From the NCBI RefSeq assembly GCF_009914755.1, contig NC_060931.1: a stretch of 64,000 bases of DNA, one strand, 5' to 3'. Source of the DNA: the human T2T-CHM13v2.0 reference genome, Homo sapiens. Positions within the stretch are counted from its first letter, which is position 1; each line of letters begins with the position of its first letter. The position numbers were made by a program, and so were the translations under genes. The notes under the pieces were generated by a model. That model saw nothing but the letters and a program-made list of their open reading frames with translations. It was not told the origin of the DNA and ran no database searches. Shown here one piece after another: positions 57,431 through 64,000 of the stretch.

Positions 57431-57821
57431 AAGTCCCCTGTCCATTAGAAAGGCTGGATCTGAGGACAGTAAGTAAGGGGCTGTCAATATAGGCAAGTGA
57501 TCCCTCTTTCCCAGTGCTGACTAAGGTGGGGGCAACATCTGCCTTGCATTACATTCATTTTGCTGCTGAGAAACTGACACCCAAACCGTTTACACCACAG
57601 CACATCAGCGGCGACACCAAGACTCACGTTTGGTCTCCTAATACCATGTTCATTTTTCCATGTGATTTTCCCATCTTAAACCTATTTATACTTCAGTCTA
57701 GATGAGCCCATGTTTATAGAATCCTTTTGAGGGCTTGAATAAATGAAAACCTAGAAAGGTGGAGTATGTTTTCCTGTAGAATCACTGGCTATCTGTGGGA
57801 AGAAGAGATATTCTTTAACAC

Positions 57822-58111
57822 TTTTTTTTTTTCCCTCAGACAGGGTCTCGCTTTGTCACTTAGGCCAGAGTGCAGTGACATGGTCATAGCTCGCTGCAGC
57901 CTCAAACTCCTAGACTCAAGCGATTTTCCTGCCTCAACCTCCTTAGTAGCTAGGAATACAGCTGTGTGCCACCATGTCCAGATAATTTTTGCATATTTTT
58001 TCTTTCGAGAGACAGAGTCTCACTATGTTCGTTACTCCTGGCCTCAAGTGATTCTCCCACCTCAGCCTCCCAAAGCACTGAGATTACAGGCATGAGCCAT
58101 TACACCCAGCC
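57822..58111 (-). mobile_element. AluJ
   Basis: catagctcgctgcagcctcaaactcc J-type diagnostics; diverged. Confidence 0.9.
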
Positions 58112-59629
58112 TCATCACCACATTTCCAACCTTAGGATCAACTCTTGAAAAACTAATAATACCCCTTCTTTGATCTTACAGTTCTTACAGGCTGAATGAA
58201 TTCCATTTAGCAGCAAAATGTCTTAATGGTTTCACATGAGAATGTTGAAATAAATGAAACAAACACAGAAGGCCTAGGAGGAGAAAGCCTCTCCCGGTTG
58301 GCCAAGGAACGACCTGATCTCCAGGTTACGTGAAGCAAAATGCTTAGAACTAAGCCAGAGACATTGGGACACTTAGCCATTCCCACCGCCTTCTTCTCTC
58401 CCTTGTCTCATGGAGGTCCTTGAAATAAGGAGGGAATGGAGTGGGGACAGAAGGGATAAATTGCTTCATTCTAAGCCCACAATGCAATTCCTGGTGCTAC
58501 TGTACTTGGAATACTGCACTCAGGAGTTTCCATGATCAGCCTCCCTAAGACAGCAGAAAAATTCCATAAACAGGGAATGGCAGCAACATCTCGCTCTATG
58601 TGGATGCCTGGGTCAGACTGGGTTAGACTGGCTGGTGGATTGCTGACATAAGTGAATTACTTGGCGCAAACCTTGTATCACAAATGGCCCGTAGTGATGC
58701 GTATTGCAAGAGATTTATGTAAATTGAGCAAGATACTTAGCTATTGGTCTGGTTTTTTAGTAGACTTGACTTTCAGAAAAGAAAGAGCTGATGGTAGAAA
58801 TCTCAGGCACTTTTTTAAACATCTTTTCTTTCTCAATCTACCTCCGAAAGTCGCTTTCCATAAAGCCTCCCTCTCAATGTCCCAGTAACTCTGCCCAAGG
58901 AAGGAGCCTCCCCTGTGCCTGACTCCTTGCAGGAACTGTTGCCATTCTTTAATTTGGCAGCTTCTGTTTCCCAGGCTCCCGGGGTTTTACGTTTACTTGC
59001 AGCGAGGCTTTTTACTTCACTTCCTGTTCTTTCTCCTGCTATCCCCTTAGAAAGCCGGTGGAAGGATTTTATTTTTATTCTTATATCTATGGTCTCCATT
59101 CTGAGATTTTATCCTCCTGGTAACAGCCAGAGAGAAAAACACTTACGAGCACATTGGAAATGTCTAGGAAAGGGGAAGTGCATTAAATAATAAACCCCAA
59201 ACTGGTGGGAAGGATTTTGCACTGTCTACTCCCGAGGCAAGGAATTCTGGGAGATGTTTTCTCGTTTGGCTACCTTTGTCCAGTCTCCATTCCTGGATAC
59301 CTACAAAGGTGAGAGCAAGACTAAACGCATTCCAAAAAGCAATTTCATGTGATATTTGTTTTCACTTTTCTTTAGAAAAACTATGGGGCCTTTTGTTCAC
59401 TTGAGACCACAGTAAGGTTACTGTGTCTACCTTTAGGGAGTTCAACTTTCCAGGGAGGGAAACTAGACAATGTGACAGGCGCAATCCTAGCATCTGTTCG
59501 TAACAGGGCATAGGAAGGCAAATGCTTGTCCTTCCTTCCTGTAACACAGCCATTAAACCAGGAGCATCGCCCTTCCCCGGCCCTCAGGTAAGAGGACCAA
59601 ATACCGTAGCCGTTTCCAATTTCAGTCCT

Positions 59630-59648
59630 TTAGCGCCACCTGGTGCTA
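59630..59648 (-). promoter_or_regulatory. Strong CTCF binding motif / probable insulator
   Basis: Minus strand reads TAGCACCAGGTGGCGCTAA (core CACCAGGTGGCGCT at 59632-59645), near-consensus, in non-repeat flanks that retain CpGs. Confidence 0.88.
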
Positions 59649-59707
59649 ACTACTCTATCACGCTTTTATCCAATAACTACCTTTGTAAATTTCCTTTCAA
59701 AAGTTCT

Positions 59708-59986
59708 GGCCGGGCGCGGTGGCTCACGCTTGTAATCCCAGCACTTTGTGAGGGGTCAGGAGTTCGAGACCAGCTTGACCAACATGGTGAAACCCTGTCT
59801 CTACTAAAAATACAAAAATTAGCCGGGTGTGGTGGCGCGCGCCTGTAATCCCAGCTATTCAGGAGGCTGAGGCAGGAGAATTACTTGAACCCAGAAGGCA
59901 GAGGTTGCAGTGAGCCGAGATCATGCCGCTGCACTCCAGCCTGGGTGACAGAGCAAGACTTTGTCTCAAAAAAAAAAAAAAAAAAA
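59708..59986 (+). mobile_element. AluS with a left-arm deletion
   Basis: cactttgtgaggggtcagg deletion junction; TSD AAAAGTTCT / AAAAGTCCT. Confidence 0.94.
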
Positions 59987-60427
59987 GTCCTAACGACACA
60001 AATGTTTGATTTTAACACAGTGCCAAGTTCACATACGTAGGCAAAGTCCAGATTAAAGGACAATTTTAGCATTGAGTTCATTTAGTGAATCACAGGGCCT
60101 TGGCACACAGCAAACATGAGAGCAATCTTAGTTATCTCTATTGTCATGGCTGTTGTTACCAAAAGAATTCAAAAGAGGGGAATTTAGGAAAATTTATAGT
60201 GTTTAAGATATAGTAGCTTTTTCAAAATATCAATGAAGTGCCGTTTATGAGGCACAAGTAATATTTCCTTGAAAATCTAATAAATATAGTGTTACTTATT
60301 AAAGAGATTCTACCTTGAGTAATTAAACTGCTTGAAGAAAGGCAAGATTTCTCAACTTGAACTTTATCCATAACTCAGGGTTAACCAATATGCCCAGTTT
60401 GTTTCTTTTTATATTTTAGAATATTCC

Positions 60428-60722
60428 TGCCAGACATGGTGGCTCACGCCTGTAATCCCAGCACTTTGGGAGGCCAAGGCAGGCGGATCATGAGGTCAGG
60501 AGTTCGAGACCAGCCTGGCCAACATGGTGAAACCCCTTCTCTATTAAAAATACAAAAATTAGCAGGGCGTGGTAGGGCGCGCCTGTAATCCCAGCTACTC
60601 TGGAGGCTGAAGCAGGAGAATCACTTGCACCCGGAGGCAGAGGTTGCAGTGAGCCGAGATCACGCCACTGCACTCCAGCCTAGGTGACAGAGCAAGACTC
60701 TGTCTCAAAAAAAAAAAAAAAA
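60428..60722 (+). mobile_element. AluS (Sg-like)
   Basis: TSD AGAATATTCCT. Confidence 0.95.
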
Positions 60723-61392
60723 GAATATTCCTATAAGACAGTCAATGCCCATCCTTCCCTGAGAAAACACAATAAATAATATAACTTTTTATTGTTTCGT
60801 AATTATCTAGGTGCCTTGAAGTTATCATTCTGAAAATAAAAGTATATAGTCTGAAGGGCTGCACCTATTCGAGATGTATTTGTTTTATCATTATACTTGT
60901 TCCTAAAATTAAATGAGCGAAATGTTTCTAAATTAAAGCCAAACTATGCTACACAGGAATGGACTTTGTAAGTGAATCCATATTTGTAAATTCTCACACA
61001 TAATCAGTCCCAAGAACTCCAGGCCTGAGAGAAATTACTGAAGGCTCTGATCTGAGCTAACCACTGTGAAAATAGGAAAAACTCGAAAAATAGGTTCTAG
61101 AGTGGTGTGTAGTTCCAAATGGAGCAGGAAAACTAAGAGGGGATTGGTTAAACAAATATGATTATAATCAAAATAACTTTTTAAGCACTTACTATTTGCC
61201 CAGCATTGTCCTCAATGATTCACATGTGTCACTTCGTTTAATCTTCACAACTTCATGAGGCTGTTACAATGCCTGATCCTTGCTGCAAATTAGCTCATAC
61301 ACGGTTAGTAAACAAGGGAGTGATGTTTATAACACATCTTGTAGTTCATATTTGATTCTTCCCAGTACATTAATGTTTTAAAATGATCTCAT

Positions 61393-61710
61393 GGCCGGGC
61401 GCAGTGTCTCATGCCTGTAATCCCAGCATTTTGGGAGGTTGAGGCGGGTGGATCACCTGAGGTCAGGAGTTCAAGACCAGCCTGGCCAACATGGTGAAAC
61501 CCCGTCTCTACTTAAAAAAAAAAAAATTAGCCAGGTGTGCTGGTGGACGCCTGTAATCCCAGCCACTTGAGAGGCTGAGGCAGGATGAGGCAGGAGAATC
61601 ACCGGAACCCAGGAGGCGGAGGTTGTAGTGAGCCGAGATTGCGCCACTGCACTCCAGCCTGGGCAACAAGAGCAAAACTCCATCTCAGAAAAAAAAAAAG
61701 AAAAAAAAAA
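61393..61710 (+). mobile_element. AluS (Sq-like)
   Basis: Dimeric Alu with a 10-bp internal duplication tgaggcagga. Confidence 0.95.
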
Positions 61711-61851
61711 GATCTCACAAGTTTTCTCACAATGAAAGAAGAAGAGGCATGATAATAAATGAAGACTTAAAAAAAATTAAAAGTGCATCGAAGTACTTTT
61801 TCTTAGTGCAAGTGAAGGCTGGTTTAAAGACTTCAAGAACCACTAGGTCAT

Positions 61852-62235
61852 GGCCAGGCATGGTGGCTCATGCCTGTAATCCCAGCATTTTGGGAGGCTG
61901 AGGCGGGCAGATCACTTGAGCCCAGGAGTTTGAGACCAGCCTGGCCAACATGGCAAGACCCTGTCTCTACTAAAAATACAAAAATTAGCTTGGGGTGGTG
62001 GTGCACACCTGTGGTCTTAGCTCTTCGGGAGGCTTAGGTGGGAGGATGGCTTGAGCCCAGCAGATCGAGGCTGCAGTGAACTCTGATGATGTCACTCCAG
62101 CCTAGGTGACAGTAAAACCCTGTTTCAAAAAAAAAAGAAGGAAGGGAAGGGAGGGAAGGGAAGGGATGGGGAGGAAGAAAGAAAGAAAAGAAAAGAGAAA
62201 GGGGGGGAGGGAGGGAGGGAGGCAGGAAGGAAAAG
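61852..62235 (+). mobile_element. AluJ with GA-rich expanded tail
   Basis: cttgagcccagg J-type motifs; flanking AGAACCACT repeat. Confidence 0.92.
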
Positions 62236-62599
62236 AGAACCACTGAGTTTTCTGTTATGTATATCCATTTGGCAAAGCTACAAGTGTTGATGAAAAAGCT
62301 GTGAAAAAGTTAGCTTCCGTATTAAAGTGGTAGATTAGTGATGATTAGAAGCATGCCCTCCAGCACCTTCAACTGAGGCACAAGCCCAGTGGTGAAGGCT
62401 GCAAACGGTTGATTGCCTGAGATTCCAGCTGCCAATTCCTGCATAGAACCGTGCAAGTACTTTCATCAGGAGTGTTACTGTTTCTGTGAGTACTCTGATT
62501 ACACAGTTCCACAGGTTTCGTGTGGTTTTCCCAGCACTATTTTTCCCATTGGTCCTGTTATTTTTAGTGCATGATGTTTTTATAATTAAAAAATAATAA

Positions 62600-63465
62600 T
62601 TTTTTTTAATTATACTTTAAGTTCTAGGGTACATGTGCACAACGTACAGGTTTGTTACATAGGTATACATGTGCCATGTTAGTTTGCTGCAGCCATTAAC
62701 TCGTCATTTACATTGGGTATTTCTCCTAATGCTATCCCTCCCCCAGCCCCCCACCACATGACAGGCCCTGGTGTGTGATGTTCCCCTCCCTTGTGTCCAA
62801 GTGTTCTTGTTCAATTCCCACCAATGAGTGAGAACATGCAGTGTTTGGTTTTCTGTCCTCGTGATAGTTTGCTCAGAATAATGGTTTCCAGCTTCATCCG
62901 TGTCCCTGCAAAGGACATGAACTCATCCTTTTTTATGGCTGCATAGTATTCTATGGTGTATATGTGCCACATTTTCTTAATCCAGTACATCATTGATGGG
63001 CATTTGGGTTGGTTCCAAGTCTTTGCTATTGTGAACAGTGCCGCAATAAACATATGTGTGCATGTGTCTTTATAGCAGCATGATTTATAATCTTTTGGGT
63101 ATATACCCAGTAATGGGATCACTGGGTCAAATGATATTTCTAGTTCTAGATCCTTGAGGAATCGCCACACTGTCTTCCACAACAGTTGAACTAATTTACA
63201 CTCCCACCAACAGTGTAAAAGCGTTCCTATTTCTCCACATCCTCTCCAGCATCTGTTGTTTCCTGACTTTTTAATGATCGCCATTCTAACTGGTGTAAGA
63301 TGGGACCTCGTTGTGGTTTTGATTTGCATTTCTCTGATGACCCGTGATGATGAACATTTTTTCATGTGTCTTTTGGCTGCGTAAATGTCTTCTTTTGAGT
63401 AGTGTCTGTTCATATCCTTTGCCCACTTTTTGATGGGGTTGTTTTTTTCTTGAAAACTTGTTTAA
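62600..63465 (-). mobile_element. L1PA 3' fragment (ORF2 C-terminus plus 3' UTR)
   Basis: Minus-strand ORF 62811-63413 is the ORF2p cysteine-rich C-terminus ([18 protein letters not shown]). Confidence 0.96.
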
Positions 63466-63759
63466 GGCAGAACACATTTTTTTCAGGGATGAATAGATGT
63501 TATATGATGTTATATATAACAGAAATGTATGACATCATCCCCATTTTACAGCTAAGAAAACAGGCACCAAGAATTAAGTGATCTTTCTAATGCTACACAG
63601 CAATTAAATAATGAAACCATAATTTTAATACACTTTGCCTTCAGATTCTGCCTTCTGATGGACTAATATGATATTTTAAATGAATATTAACATATCTGGA
63701 AGTTTTTAAATGTGTCCACAAATGCTTTGACTCTTCTCCCTTCAAAAGGTAGATCCACT

Positions 63760-64000
63760 TCCTAACATTGGCCTTAGCCATGATTTCCTGGATATGACCC
63801 CAAAAGCACAGGCAAGAAATGGAAAAATAGAACAAGTGGACTATATCAAATTTAAAAGCTTCTGCACAGCAAAGGAAACAATCAACAGAGTGAAAAGGCA
63901 ACACACAGAATAAGAGAAAATATTGGCAAGCCATGTTTTTGATAAAGTGTTAATATCTGAAATACATATATATGGGACTTCTTCAGCTCAAGAAAAAAAA
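63760..64000 (+). mobile_element. Old L1M ORF2 fragment, running off the window
   Basis: gatatgaccccaaaagcacaggca...aaaagcttctgcacagcaaagga. Confidence 0.85.

Overview
Primate (almost certainly human) genomic DNA, not microbial. Positions 1-~8.1 kb are the 3' end of POU6F2 (RPF-1) on the + strand: the POU-specific-domain exon (94-262), a ~3.5 kb intron, and the terminal exon with alternative 3' splice sites (3729 and 3837, +/-36 aa, plus an out-of-frame candidate at 3766). The terminal exon carries the POU homeodomain, a stop at 4231-4233 and a ~3.9 kb 3' UTR ending after AATAAA at 8126. The remaining ~56 kb is non-coding and repeat-rich (about 20 Alus, L1PA/L1M pieces, MaLR/ERV LTRs, hAT/mariner fossils, MIR/L2, microsatellites). 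Best non-obvious signals: a near-perfect 47-bp inverted repeat with a templated-insertion signature (57258-57430), a very strong CTCF site (59632-59645), an RBFOX-motif cluster in the intron upstream of the alternative acceptors, and an orphan acceptor plus poly(A) signal at ~32.55 kb. I found no convincing new multi-gene system. Repeat subfamily names are from recall of consensus sequences, not from a search.
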